From an uncultured Alphaproteobacteria bacterium (GTDB lineage: Bacteria > Pseudomonadota > Alphaproteobacteria > Rhizobiales > Xanthobacteraceae), in contig CAWBWX010000007.1 in NCBI GenBank assembly GCA_963792635.1, positions 3,975-67,974 of the forward strand: a stretch of DNA of 64,000 nt. The letters are read 5' to 3'. The position numbers and the translations under genes are program-made. The notes beneath the pieces were generated by a model. The model was not told where the DNA came from and made no database searches. It was given only the letters and a program-made list of their open reading frames with translations. Shown here piece by piece: positions 19,353 to 28,928 of the stretch. The stretch's first letter is position 1. Each line of letters opens with the position of its first letter.

Positions 19353-20677
19353 TCCGGCTCGCGCTCGCCGCCGCCATGTCGCTCGCCCTCGTCTCGACCC
19401 CGACCGCATCCCGCGCCGCCAATGTCGAGCGGGTGACGACGCCGCTCGGCCTCGAAATATGGTTCGTGCGCGACGACACGCTGCCCATGCTGTCGGTGGA
19501 ATATGCCTTTCGCGGCGGTGCCGCGCAGGATCCGGCGGCGAAGCCCGGGGTCGCCAGCATGGTGGCGGGGCTGCTCGATGAAGGCGCCGGGCCGTTCGAC
19601 GCCCGCGCGTTCCAGGAGCGACTCGAGTCGCGCGCCATCACGGTGCATTTCAGCGCCAACCGCGACTCCCTGCGGGGCTCGATCCGCACCCTGAGCGAGC
19701 ATCGCGCCGAGGCTTTCGACCTCGCCCGGCTCGCGCTCACGGCGCCGCGGTTCGACGTGGAGGCCATTGAACGGGTTCGGGCGGCGATGCTTGCGGGCTT
19801 ACGCCGGCGGGCCTCCAATCCCAACGATATCGCCTCGCTCCGCTGGTCGGCGCTGGCCTTCCCCGGCCATCCCTATGGCCGGCCAGTGGAAGGGACGCTC
19901 AACTCGGTGCCGCAGATCTCGGCGGACGACCTGCGCGCCTTCGCTCGCAAGAACTTTGCCCGCTCGAACCTCAAGATCGCCGCGGTGGGATCGATCGACG
20001 CCAAGGAACTTGCCACTCTCGTGGACAAGCTGTTCGGCGGTTTGCCGGAGAAGGCGGACCTTGTCCCGGTGTCCGACGCCACGCCGAAGGCCGGTGTACG
20101 CGAGGTGGTCGATCTCAACGTGCCGCAGACCGTGATCCTGTTCGGCGCCGCCGGTCTCAAGCGTGCCGATCCCGACTTCATTCCCGCCTACGTGTTGAAC
20201 CATATCCTCGGCGGCGGAACCTTCACCTCGCGGCTCTATCAGGAAGTGCGCGAGAAGCGCGGACTCGCCTATTCGGTTTCGAGCCATCTCGCGCCCTACG
20301 ACCACGCCGGGCTATTCCTCGGCAGCGTATCGACGCGCAACGACCGCGCGCGGCAGTCGCTCGACATCATTGTCGAGGAGATTCGCCGCATTGCCGCCGA
20401 CGGAACCACGCCAGAGGAGCTCGCCAAGGCGAAGAGCTTCCTCATCGGCTCCTACGCGCTGCGATTCGATACCTCCGGCAAGATCGCGGGCCAGCTCCTG
20501 AGCCTGCAACTGGAGAATCTCGGCATCGACTATCTCGACCAGCGCAAGGCGCTGATCGAGGGAATCACCGATGCCGATATTCGCCGCGCCGCAACGCGGT
20601 TTCTCGCCGATGCGCGGCTCCTAGTGCTGATGGTGGGCCGTCCGGTCGGCGTCGTTTCCGGTGTGAACGGCGGCTAG
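19349..20677 (+). CDS. M16-family peptidase, second (non-HxxEH) subunit
   Basis: Intact 442 aa. GTGA start/stop overlap with the preceding M16 gene. No HxxEH motif. Confidence 0.8.
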   Translation: MIRLALAAAMSLALVSTPTASRAANVERVTTPLGLEIWFVRDDTLPMLSVEYAFRGGAAQDPAAKPGVASMVAGLLDEGAGPFDARAFQERLESRAITVHFSANRDSLRGSIRTLSEHRAEAFDLARLALTAPRFDVEAIERVRAAMLAGLRRRASNPNDIASLRWSALAFPGHPYGRPVEGTLNSVPQISADDLRAFARKNFARSNLKIAAVGSIDAKELATLVDKLFGGLPEKADLVPVSDATPKAGVREVVDLNVPQTVILFGAAGLKRADPDFIPAYVLNHILGGGTFTSRLYQEVREKRGLAYSVSSHLAPYDHAGLFLGSVSTRNDRARQSLDIIVEEIRRIAADGTTPEELAKAKSFLIGSYALRFDTSGKIAGQLLSLQLENLGIDYLDQRKALIEGITDADIRRAATRFLADARLLVLMVGRPVGVVSGVNGG

Positions 20678-20775
20678 AAGCGGTTTCGTCCCGGTCGCCA
20701 ACGCTGCTATACATTCGGGCGATCGAAATGCGGCAGGGGAGCGGGGCCATGGGGAACTCGTGGGTAGGACCGGTC

Positions 20776-21477
20776 ATGCGGGCGCGAGCGGGTCTCGGTC
20801 TTATGATTGCAGCGAGCGCGCTAACGGCTTGCGCCTCGCTCGAGAGCGTGCTCGGTCCGCTCGGCACACCCTTCCAGCAAAAGCCCGAACCCGCGACGCA
20901 GCAGCAAAGCGACGTGGACTGCCCGCAGACTACCGTTCGCACCGGGGCCGCCACTTGGCAGTTGCCGGCCGGCGTCTCGGCGCCGAACGTGCGCTACCAG
21001 GCCTCGCTCGGCCAGATCGACCGCGAGTGCGCGCTGCTTGGCCAGACCGTCACCGCTAAAGTGGGCGTTGAGGGTCGTCTCCTCGTCGGTCCCAAGGGCG
21101 GACCGGGTAGGGTCACCGTGCCGATCCGCATCGCGCTCGTGCAGGAGGGGCCGCAACCGAGATCGCTGTGGACAAAGTTCTATTCGGTGCCGATCGAGGT
21201 GCCCGCCGGCCAAAGCCAGGTCACCTTCGCCCAGGTTGAAGACGATTTGACGTTTCCGCTGCCGCCCGACCGCAACCTGTCGCGCTACGTGATCTACGTT
21301 GGCTTCGATCCCAAGGGCGAACCGGCGCGGCCGCAAGCCAAGGGCAAAGCCAAACCCAAGGCGCAGCCCCAGGCCAAAGCCAAGGTCAAGGGACCGCCGC
21401 CGCCACCGGCCTCGACGCCGCAACCGGGGTTCGCCCCGCCGCCCAATCAGTTCGAGCCGCCGCCCCCAGCGCGATAG
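20776..21477 (+). CDS. Lipoprotein with Lys/Pro-rich C-terminal tail, unknown family
   Basis: MRARAGLGLMIAASALTAC (lipobox LTAC). Tail KGKAKPKAQPQAKAKVKGPPPPP. The ORF could start at 20728. Confidence 0.55.
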   Translation: MRARAGLGLMIAASALTACASLESVLGPLGTPFQQKPEPATQQQSDVDCPQTTVRTGAATWQLPAGVSAPNVRYQASLGQIDRECALLGQTVTAKVGVEGRLLVGPKGGPGRVTVPIRIALVQEGPQPRSLWTKFYSVPIEVPAGQSQVTFAQVEDDLTFPLPPDRNLSRYVIYVGFDPKGEPARPQAKGKAKPKAQPQAKAKVKGPPPPPASTPQPGFAPPPNQFEPPPPAR

Positions 21478-21536
21478 CCTAGAGGCGAAATGGCCGGGAC
21501 AAGTCGGCCACGACGTGTTCGGAATTGAAGCGCCGG

Positions 21537-22028
21537 TTAGTCGAGCCGCGACTTCACGTCTTGGATTGCGGTTTCCAGCAGGCTTTCGGCGGTCTTGCCC
21601 TTCACCGTGTCGGCGAGGATCTTCTCCGCCGCCTTGACCGCGGCATCGGCGGCGGCAGCACGCACGTCGGCGAGGGCCTGGGTCTCGGCCTGGGCGATCT
21701 TGGCTTCCGCCATCTTGGTGCGGCGGGCGACGAACTCCTCCATGCGCTTCTTCGCCTCGGTGGCGATCTCGGCGGCCTCGCTGCTGGCGAGCTCCAAGAT
21801 CGCGGCGGCCTCCGACTCGGCTTCCTTGGCCTTGCGGCGGTACTCCTCGAGCAGCGCCTGGGCTTCCTGGCGCAGGCGGCGCGCCTCCTCGAGCTCGGCG
21901 GCGATGCGCTTGGAGCGGTCGTCGAGGGCCTCCAGCAGCGAGCGGTGCGCACCCAGTCGCCACAACAGCGCGACGAAGATCACGAAGGCGACCGCGACCC
22001 AGAACTCGGCTTCGTAAAGATACGTCAC
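21537..22028 (-). CDS. atpF: F0F1 ATP synthase subunit b
   Basis: 163 aa, a single N-terminal TM then a long charged helix. Last gene of the atpI-B-E-b'-b cluster. Confidence 0.85.
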   Translation of the reverse strand: MTYLYEAEFWVAVAFVIFVALLWRLGAHRSLLEALDDRSKRIAAELEEARRLRQEAQALLEEYRRKAKEAESEAAAILELASSEAAEIATEAKKRMEEFVARRTKMAEAKIAQAETQALADVRAAAADAAVKAAEKILADTVKGKTAESLLETAIQDVKSRLD

Positions 22029-22038
22029 CTATCGCTCC

Positions 22039-22569
22039 TCAATGCAGCGCCTGGTCGACCGCCCGCTCCAGCGCGGGCTTGGGTGGCGGGGTGCCCACGA
22101 GGCGCTCGATGATGGCGGCGGTGGTATCGAGCGCAATCCCACGCACTTCGCGCATGGCCGTCGACTTGACCGCCTCGATCTTCTGCTCGGCTTCGGCGAT
22201 CTTCTTGTTGAGCGCCTCCTCGAGCTCATGGCGGCGCGCCTCGGTCTCCTTGGCGAGCTTCTTCTGCGTCTCCGCCGCCATGGCCTGGGCGCGGGCACGC
22301 GCTTCGGCCAGCGCCTTCTCATAGGCGGCGAGCGCCGCCTCGCTTTCCTCCTTCAACCTGCCCGCCGCGACTAGGTCGTCGCTGACGCGGTTCTTGCGGG
22401 CGGCAATGATCCGCGCCACGCGCGGCAAGGCCACCCACGAGAGCAGGAAGTAGAGGAGCGCGAACGCGATCGCGAACCATAGCAACTGCGAGCCGAAGTG
22501 CTCCTTGGCGAACGGGGGAAAGGGTCCCTTGTGCCCGCCCGGGGCTACGGTGCCGGTGGAGACCGCCAT
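22039..22569 (-). CDS. F0F1 ATP synthase subunit b' (second b-type subunit typical of alphaproteobacteria)
   Basis: 176 aa. TM FGSQLLWFAIAFALLYFLL then a coiled coil. Lies between atpE and atpF. Confidence 0.85.
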   Translation of the reverse strand: MAVSTGTVAPGGHKGPFPPFAKEHFGSQLLWFAIAFALLYFLLSWVALPRVARIIAARKNRVSDDLVAAGRLKEESEAALAAYEKALAEARARAQAMAAETQKKLAKETEARRHELEEALNKKIAEAEQKIEAVKSTAMREVRGIALDTTAAIIERLVGTPPPKPALERAVDQALH

Positions 22570-22575
22570 CAGGCG

Positions 22576-22803
22576 TCAGACCGCGAACAACAGCAGGAAC
22601 GCGATCACGAGCGAGAAGATCGCGAGCGCTTCCGTCACCGCGAAGCCGAAGATCAGCCGGGTGAACTGGCCGTCGGCGGCGGACGGGTTGCGGATGGCGG
22701 CGGCGAGGTAGCTACCGAAGATGTTGCCCACGCCCACGCCTGCGCCGCCCATGCCGATGCAGGCGAGGCCGGCGCCGATGTATTTCGCGAAAGTCGGGTC
22801 CAT
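22576..22803 (-). CDS. atpE: F0F1 ATP synthase subunit c
   Basis: 75 aa. [19 protein letters not shown]...[12 protein letters not shown]. Confidence 0.95.
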   Translation of the reverse strand: MDPTFAKYIGAGLACIGMGGAGVGVGNIFGSYLAAAIRNPSAADGQFTRLIFGFAVTEALAIFSLVIAFLLLFAV

Positions 22804-22829
22804 TTTTCAGTCTCCTGTGGTGAAACGAG

Positions 22830-23579
22830 TTAGTGGCCGGGGTGAAGTGCGTCGTTGAGATAAACGGCGGTGAGCAGTGCGAAGACGTAGGCCTGCAGGA
22901 AGGCGACGAGGAGTTCCAGCGCCGTCAGCGCCACCGTCATGGTGAGCGGTAGAATGCCGGCCACGAAGCCGAACACGCCGAGGCCGGTGGCAAGCATGCC
23001 GATGAAGCCGGCAAAGACCTTGAGCGTGATGTGGCCGGCCAGCATGTTGGCGAACAGCCGCAGCGAATGCGACAACGGCCGCGACAGGAAGGAGATGATC
23101 TCGATCAGCGTCACCAGCGGCAGGATGAAAATGGGAATGCCGCTCGGCACGAAGATCTTGAAGAAACGGAAGCCGTGCTTGGCGATGCCGTAGATGATGA
23201 CCGTGAAGAACACGATCAGCGCCAGCGTCGCGGTGATTACGATGTGGCTGGTGACGGTGAAGAAGCCGGGGATGAGGCCGAACAGGTTCAGCACCAGGAT
23301 GAAGCTGAACAGCGCGAACACCAGCGGGAAGAAGCGCATGCCTTCCTCGCCCGAGGCCTGGCGCAGCATGTCGGCGACGAAGTCGTAGGTCATCTCGACC
23401 AGCGATTGGCCGCGGCCGGGCACGTTGCCCGCTCCCGCCGTCGCCAGCACCATGCCGCCGATGATGATCGCCACCGCCGCGAACATGAACAGCGCCGAGT
23501 TGGTGAAGGCGATCTCCACCCCGCCGATGTGGCCGAGGACGAAGAGCTTCTTGATCTCGAACTGGTGGATCGGATCCAT
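22830..23579 (-). CDS. atpB: F0F1 ATP synthase subunit a
   Basis: 249 aa. LSHSLRLFANMLAGH motif. Confidence 0.95.
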   Translation of the reverse strand: MDPIHQFEIKKLFVLGHIGGVEIAFTNSALFMFAAVAIIIGGMVLATAGAGNVPGRGQSLVEMTYDFVADMLRQASGEEGMRFFPLVFALFSFILVLNLFGLIPGFFTVTSHIVITATLALIVFFTVIIYGIAKHGFRFFKIFVPSGIPIFILPLVTLIEIISFLSRPLSHSLRLFANMLAGHITLKVFAGFIGMLATGLGVFGFVAGILPLTMTVALTALELLVAFLQAYVFALLTAVYLNDALHPGH

Positions 23580-23580
23580 T

Positions 23581-23943
23581 TCACTTCTTGTCCGGTATTT
23601 TCGGCTGCGCCACGAGGCCCGCCGAGCGCAGCACGTTCAACGTTCCGCCGACGAAGCCGAGGAGCATGAAGAGTATCAGCCCCCAGGGCCGGTAGCCGGT
23701 CAGCAAGTCGACGCCCCAGCCGATGACGCTGCCCACGATCACGCCCGCCACGAGCTCGCTCGACATGCGCAAGCCCTTGGCAAGACCGGCGGCGTCGCCC
23801 TTCGGCCCGGGATTTTTTTCGCTAACCTGCGGTGGCGCGGGCGTCAATGCGTCGAGTTCGCGCGTGAGTCGACCGAGACGGTCGGCGAGCGCGGGATCGT
23901 CCACGCCCTCGGCCGGTCGGCGGTCGGAAGCGCGCCTAGCCAT
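23581..23943 (-). CDS. atpI: AtpZ/AtpI-family ATP synthase protein I
   Basis: 120 aa with two C-terminal TM helices, immediately upstream of atpB. Confidence 0.7.
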   Translation of the reverse strand: MARRASDRRPAEGVDDPALADRLGRLTRELDALTPAPPQVSEKNPGPKGDAAGLAKGLRMSSELVAGVIVGSVIGWGVDLLTGYRPWGLILFMLLGFVGGTLNVLRSAGLVAQPKIPDKK

Positions 23944-24002
23944 CGCAAACCCTTGTAATGCTTGAGGTTGCGCGGACCATAAAGACCGCTCCTGGTCTAG
24001 TC

Positions 24003-24034
24003 AAGAAAACGGCCCGGCGGAAGTTCCGGGCCGT
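24003..24034 (-). terminator. Rho-independent terminator downstream of smc
   Basis: Perfect 9-bp stem ACGGCCCGG / CCGGGCCGT (24009-24017 / 24026-24034) with an 8-nt loop. On the minus strand it is followed by TTTTCTT. Confidence 0.7.
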
Positions 24035-24060
24035 GCTGACGAAATTCGAAAGGGAAGGGC

Positions 24061-27000
24061 CTAGCTCGCCTCGCGGAAGCTCGCGGCCGTGACGAGGTCG
24101 ACCGACACGAGTTGCGACACCCCGAGCTCGGCCATGGTCACGCCGAACAGGCGGCTCATGCGGCTCATGGTGATCGGGTTGTGGGTCACCACGACGAATC
24201 GCGTCTTGGTCAGCCCGCCCATCTCGTCGAGCAGGTTGCAGAAGCGCTCGACGTTGGCGTCGTCGAGCGGAGCGTCCACCTCGTCCAGCACGCAGATCGG
24301 CGCCGGGTTGGTCAGGAACACCGCGAAGATGAGTGCGAGCGCCGTCAGCGCCTGCTCGCCGCCGGAGAGCAGTGACAGCGTCTGCGATTTCTTGCCGGGC
24401 GGCCGCGCCACGATATCGAGGCCGGCTTCTAGCGGGTCCTCGGAGTTGGTGAGGATGAGTTCGGCTTGGCCGCCGCCGAACAGCGTCTTGAACAATTTCT
24501 TGAAGTGGTCGTTGACCACCGCGAAGGAGGCGACAAGGCGGGCGCGCGCCTCGCGGTCGAGGCTGTTGATGCCCTGGCGCAGGCGCTTGATCGCTTCCAC
24601 GAGATCGTCGCGCTCGGTGGTGAGCTTCTGGTGCTGGGCGTCGATCTCCTGCAGCTCCTCCTCGGCGCGCAGGTTCACGGCGCCAAGGCGCTCGCGCTCC
24701 TGCTCGAGACGCTCCAGGCGCGCCTCGATCGACGCCTGATCGGGCGTCTCGTCTTCCTCGGCGAATAACTCCTGCAGCCGCGTCTCGTCGGGCGGGGCGT
24801 TCAGGGCCTCGGTCACCTCGCGCAGGAGCTCGGCACGGCGCTCGCGGGCGGCCTCCAGGCGCGCCTCGGCGCGGGCAGCCTCGCTCCTGACCTCGGAGAG
24901 CGCTTCGCCCGCTTCCCGCACGGCCCGGTCGGCCTCGGCGAGCGCACTCTCCGCTTCCGCGAGGCGATCGGCAGCGGCACGCCGCTCAGTCTCGGCGGCG
25001 GCGAACTCGGTCATCAGCGCCTGGCGCTGCTCGACGAAGGCGGCAGGCGCCGAATCCAGGCTCGCGCGCTCGGTGCGGGTGTCGACGAGCCGCTCTTCTA
25101 GCGACTGGATACGGGCATTGGCGCCCTCGGCGCGCTCCTGCCAGGCGGCGCGTTCGGCCGCGATGGCAGTGAGCCGGTGGCCGCGGGTGGTTTGCTCGCG
25201 CTCCAGGCCGTCGAATGCGGCTTTGGCGGCGGCATAGGCGGCGCGGTCCTCGGTAAGACGGCCGCGGATTGCCTCAAGCTCGGCCTCACGGGCGGCCGCG
25301 TCGCTGAGCGTCGCGAGCGACTCCTCGGCATAGCGGCGCGCGCCGTCGGCCTCGGCGCGGTTGGCCGAGAGAAGCGCACGCGCTTCCTGGATTGCGGTAA
25401 GGCGGGCAGTACGCTCCCCCGTCTTCTGCTCGGTCTCGCGCAATGCGGCCCGCGCCGCCTCGAGCGCAGCCTGGGCCGCGCGCATGGCGTTGCGCGCCTC
25501 GGTCTCGTCGATCTCGGCGGCCTTGACCTCCGCTTCAGCCTTCTCCACCTGCTCGGTGAGGCGGCGCACGTCGGCGCGAGCGACCTCGGCCTCGCGGTCG
25601 ATCTCGGCCACGCGATTACGCGCGGCGAGCTTGCGGCCGGCGGCGGTCTCCGCGTCCGCGGTGACGACGAAGCCGTCCCAGCGCCACAGATCGCCCTCGC
25701 GTGATACCAGGCGCTGGCCGGGCTTGAGCTCATTCTTGAGGCGCGCGCCGTCGGCGCGCGCCACGACGCCGATCTGGGCGAGGCGGCGGGCAAGCGCCGC
25801 CGGTGCCTTCACGTGCGCGGAGAGCGGCTCGGCGCCGGCCGGAAGATCCGGATCGCCCGTGATCATATCGGTGCCGGCCCAGTGGGTAGGCGCGGCGGAA
25901 TCCGTCGGCGCGTCGAGATCGTCGCCGAGTGCGACCCCGAGCGCGGTTTCGTAGCCGCTCTCGACCTCGATCACGTCCACCACGGGCGGCCACAGCGTCT
26001 TCGCCGCCACGTGCAGCACCTTCGCCAGCGTGCGCGCCTCGGTCTCGAGCTCGCGCAGCCGCCGTTCGGCTTCCGCGAGCGGGGTGCGGGCAAGCGGCAT
26101 CGCCTGCACCGCGGTGGAGCGGGCGGCCTCGGCGCGCAGCGCCCGGGCATCGGCAGCGGCGAGCGTCTCCTGCGCCGCGGCCACGTCGGCGCTCGCCCGC
26201 ATGAACTGGTCGTCGTCGCCGGAAAGGGTGCTTGCTTCGACGTCGAGGGCCGCGATCTCGCCATCGAGCCGGGCGAGGCGGTCGGCCTCGCTGCGCAGCG
26301 TGCGCTCGAGCCCGCCCCGGCGCGCGCTCACGTCGGCAAGCGAGGCAGTGGTCTCCGAGAAAGCCTGCTCGCTCGCGGTGAGCTTCGCTTCCGCCTCGGC
26401 GAAGAGGGCGTGCACCGTCTCGCGGCTGTCGGGGGTGGCGCCGGTCTCGCCGGCGAGTACGCCTTCTTCCTCCATCAGGCGCGCGATCGCCTGCTCGGCG
26501 TCGGTGGCGAGCGCGCGTTCCCGCTCGATGTCCTGGGCGAGCTGGCTGAGGCGCCGGTCGAGTTCCTCGGTGCGCTGCTTGACCCGGCCTTCCTCGCGGT
26601 CGAGGTCGGAGCGGGCGTGATTCAGGCGCTGCAGGCCGGCGGCGGCGCGCGCCTCGGTTTCCCGCAAGGGGTGGAGCTGCTCGGCGAGATTGGCTTGCGC
26701 CGTGGTCGCTTCGGCTTGCGCACCGGTCTTCTCGCCCACGGCGCGGATCGCGGATTCCACCGTGCGCTCGGCTTCCGCCGCGGCGGCCTCCGCCTCGCGC
26801 CAGCGCAAGGCCACGAGCATGGCCTGGCGGCGGCGGATTTCGGCGGCGACCTTCTTGTAGCGTACCGCCTGGCGCGCCTGGCGCTTGAGGCCGTCGATCT
26901 GGCTCGCGATCTGGCCGATCACGTCCTCGAGGCGCTGCAGATTGGTGCCGGCGGCCTTGAGGCGGGTTTCCGCCTCGTGACGGCGGGCGTGCAGGCCGGA

Positions 27001-27510
27001 GATGCCGGCGGCTTCCTCCAGGATGCGTCGGCGCGACTCCGGTTTGGCGTTGATCAGCTCGCCGATCTGGCCCTGGCGCACCATGGCGGGCGAGCGCGCG
27101 CCCGAGGAGGCGTCGGCGAAGAGCAGTTGCACGTCACGGGCGCGCACCTCGCGGCCGTTGATGCGGTAGGCCGAACCCGCCTCGCGTTCGATGCGGCGCG
27201 ACACCTCGAGCACGTCATCGTCATTGAACGCGGCGGGGGCGCTGCGATCGGAATTGTCGATCTGCAGGATGACCTCGGCCATATTGCGCGACGGCCGGTT
27301 GTTGGAGCCCGAGAAGATGACCTCGTCCATGTCCCCGGCGCGCATGGCCTTGTGCGAGCTTTCGCCCATCACCCAGCGCATGGCCTCGACGAGGTTGGAC
27401 TTGCCGCAGCCATTGGGGCCGACGATGCCAGTCAGTCCCGGCTCGATCATGAAATCGGACGGCTCGACGAACGACTTGAATCCGATCAGCCGCAGGCGAT
27501 TGAACTGCAT
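24061..27510 (-). CDS. smc: Chromosome segregation protein SMC
   Basis: Intact 1149 aa. N-terminus GPNGCGKSNLVEAMRWVMGE, long Ala/Glu-rich coiled coils, C-terminus LSGGEQALTALALIFAVF...PICVLDEVDAPLDD. Confidence 0.95.
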   Translation of the reverse strand: MQFNRLRLIGFKSFVEPSDFMIEPGLTGIVGPNGCGKSNLVEAMRWVMGESSHKAMRAGDMDEVIFSGSNNRPSRNMAEVILQIDNSDRSAPAAFNDDDVLEVSRRIEREAGSAYRINGREVRARDVQLLFADASSGARSPAMVRQGQIGELINAKPESRRRILEEAAGISGLHARRHEAETRLKAAGTNLQRLEDVIGQIASQIDGLKRQARQAVRYKKVAAEIRRRQAMLVALRWREAEAAAAEAERTVESAIRAVGEKTGAQAEATTAQANLAEQLHPLRETEARAAAGLQRLNHARSDLDREEGRVKQRTEELDRRLSQLAQDIERERALATDAEQAIARLMEEEGVLAGETGATPDSRETVHALFAEAEAKLTASEQAFSETTASLADVSARRGGLERTLRSEADRLARLDGEIAALDVEASTLSGDDDQFMRASADVAAAQETLAAADARALRAEAARSTAVQAMPLARTPLAEAERRLRELETEARTLAKVLHVAAKTLWPPVVDVIEVESGYETALGVALGDDLDAPTDSAAPTHWAGTDMITGDPDLPAGAEPLSAHVKAPAALARRLAQIGVVARADGARLKNELKPGQRLVSREGDLWRWDGFVVTADAETAAGRKLAARNRVAEIDREAEVARADVRRLTEQVEKAEAEVKAAEIDETEARNAMRAAQAALEAARAALRETEQKTGERTARLTAIQEARALLSANRAEADGARRYAEESLATLSDAAAREAELEAIRGRLTEDRAAYAAAKAAFDGLEREQTTRGHRLTAIAAERAAWQERAEGANARIQSLEERLVDTRTERASLDSAPAAFVEQRQALMTEFAAAETERRAAADRLAEAESALAEADRAVREAGEALSEVRSEAARAEARLEAARERRAELLREVTEALNAPPDETRLQELFAEEDETPDQASIEARLERLEQERERLGAVNLRAEEELQEIDAQHQKLTTERDDLVEAIKRLRQGINSLDREARARLVASFAVVNDHFKKLFKTLFGGGQAELILTNSEDPLEAGLDIVARPPGKKSQTLSLLSGGEQALTALALIFAVFLTNPAPICVLDEVDAPLDDANVERFCNLLDEMGGLTKTRFVVVTHNPITMSRMSRLFGVTMAELGVSQLVSVDLVTAASFREAS

Positions 27511-27596
27511 GACCTAAAAGGGCTCGATAATCCGGGTGATTCGCGTCCCGCCCGAACATGCGTTGCCGCATAGGGCTGGGCAAGCCCCTCGAATTC

Positions 27597-27623
27597 AAAA
27601 AAACCGTGGAATTCCGCCCGGTT
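27597..27623 (-). terminator. Probable terminator downstream of the DsbA-like gene
   Basis: On the minus strand, an imperfect hairpin AACCGGGCGGAATTCCACGGTT followed by T7 (A-run 27597-27603 on plus). Confidence 0.5.
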
Positions 27624-27630
27624 GGCCTTG

Positions 27631-28395
27631 TCAGTTGGTCTTGGCGCCTTTGAGGAGCGGATCGATCGCCTTCTGAAAGTCCTCGAACGAGGAGGTGTTG
27701 CGCACCGGCTCGCCGTTGACGAATACGGCGGGCGTCGAGCGCACGCCGAACTTCTGCGAGCCGCGCTGGGCGCCCTCGTAGATCTGCTGCGCCACCTTGT
27801 TGTCCTTCAGGCACGCCTCGAAGCTCTGCTCGGTGAAGCCCGCCTGCTTGGCGATGCGCAGCAATCCCGGGATCACCTTGTCCTTGATCGCCCAGCTGCG
27901 CTGCTGGTCGAACAGCACCTCGATCATGGTGAAGAAGCGGTCTTCCGGCGCGCAGCGCGCCAACATGGAGGCGGCGACCGCCGCGTCGTCGAGCGGGTAT
28001 TCGCGGAAGATGAAACGCACCTGGCCCTTGTCGATGTAGTTCGCCTTGAGCTTGGGGAAGACTTCCTTGTGGAACTCGGCGCAATGCGGGCAGGTCATGG
28101 AGGCGTATTCGACGACCGTGACCGGGGCGTTAGCTTCACCCAGCACCTTGTCGGGCAGCGGGCCGGGGGTCAGCAATTCCTTCAAATCGACCTTCTGCCC
28201 CTGCTTCTGGGCCTCGGCCGGCGGTGAGGCGAAGACGCTCGTAAAGATCAGCGCGGCGATGCCCGCCGCCGCCAGCGACAGCGCGGCGGTACCTGCGATC
28301 AGATGACGGCGAGCGATGGCCAAGCAACCCTCCACTGACGTCCATGACCTAGACTGCACGTCCGATTGTGGCAACCCTGCGATGTCAGCCGTCAA
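27631..28395 (-). CDS. DsbA-family thiol:disulfide oxidoreductase (periplasmic)
   Basis: YASMTCPHCAEFH (CxxC). N-terminal TM/signal segment. TTG start as drawn; the true start may be further downstream. Confidence 0.8.
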   Translation of the reverse strand: MTADIAGLPQSDVQSRSWTSVEGCLAIARRHLIAGTAALSLAAAGIAALIFTSVFASPPAEAQKQGQKVDLKELLTPGPLPDKVLGEANAPVTVVEYASMTCPHCAEFHKEVFPKLKANYIDKGQVRFIFREYPLDDAAVAASMLARCAPEDRFFTMIEVLFDQQRSWAIKDKVIPGLLRIAKQAGFTEQSFEACLKDNKVAQQIYEGAQRGSQKFGVRSTPAVFVNGEPVRNTSSFEDFQKAIDPLLKGAKTN

Positions 28396-28928
28396 GCCCG
28401 CGTGACGCGGCCCTTCACGAAGGCGCCGAGCCGGGCGAGCGCGTGGGCAAGGCCCTTGTCCTCGAAGGGCCCGATCTCCTTCTCCACCGCCGCCACCGCC
28501 TCGGACGTCGGCTCCGGTACTGCGGGCGCGGGCTTGCGCCGCGGGGTCACCGGCCCTTGCGCGATCTTGATGCGCCCGACGCAGCGCCAGCCGAAATAGC
28601 GGTTGACCCGCTCGATGACGATTGGCGCCAGGTGCTGGAGCTCGATGGCGTAAGCGCCTTCGACGCGGATATGCAGGATGCCTACGGAATCCGGGTCCTC
28701 ACGCCGCGCCCATACCAGGCGCTGCGGCTCGGTGCGGCCGGCGAGCTCGGGCCCCACGATGTCCTCCCAGTGGGTGACGATGTCGACTGCGGCAAACCCC
28801 TGCTTCTGGAAGGCGCCGGTGAGCGTGCGGCTGATGAGATCGGCGAGCGGCCGGGGACGCGATCTTCGGGGTGGAGAAGGGGCCAAGGGGATTGCTCCGC
28901 AAGGTCGCGCCCGGCAGGTTCGGACCAT
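28392..28928 (-). CDS. DUF721 (DciA-like) protein
   Basis: 178 aa. PLADLISRTLTGAFQKQGFAAVDIVTHWEDIVGPELA...LHIRVEGAYAIELQH. Usual alphaproteobacterial position next to mutY. Confidence 0.6.
   Translation of the reverse strand: MVRTCRARPCGAIPLAPSPPRRSRPRPLADLISRTLTGAFQKQGFAAVDIVTHWEDIVGPELAGRTEPQRLVWARREDPDSVGILHIRVEGAYAIELQHLAPIVIERVNRYFGWRCVGRIKIAQGPVTPRRKPAPAVPEPTSEAVAAVEKEIGPFEDKGLAHALARLGAFVKGRVTRA

Noticed and set aside
24061-27510. SMC-like ATPase as part of a Wadjet- or Lamassu-type defence system
   Set aside because: It has the canonical 1149-aa chromosomal SMC architecture, sits in conserved housekeeping synteny (atp operon on one side; dsbA-like, DUF721 and mutY on the other), and has no JetA/B/D-like or effector partners.
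25813-27573. 586-aa plus-strand ORF, and similar long ORFs (28368-30419 plus, 46618-48231 minus, 53783-55549 minus, 20821-21963 minus)
   Set aside because: They are Arg/Ala/Gly-rich with no motifs, and lie exactly antisense or out of frame to strongly recognisable genes (smc, mutY/ccrM, ETF-QO, TAXI/TRAP, lipoprotein). These are typical high-GC shadow ORFs.
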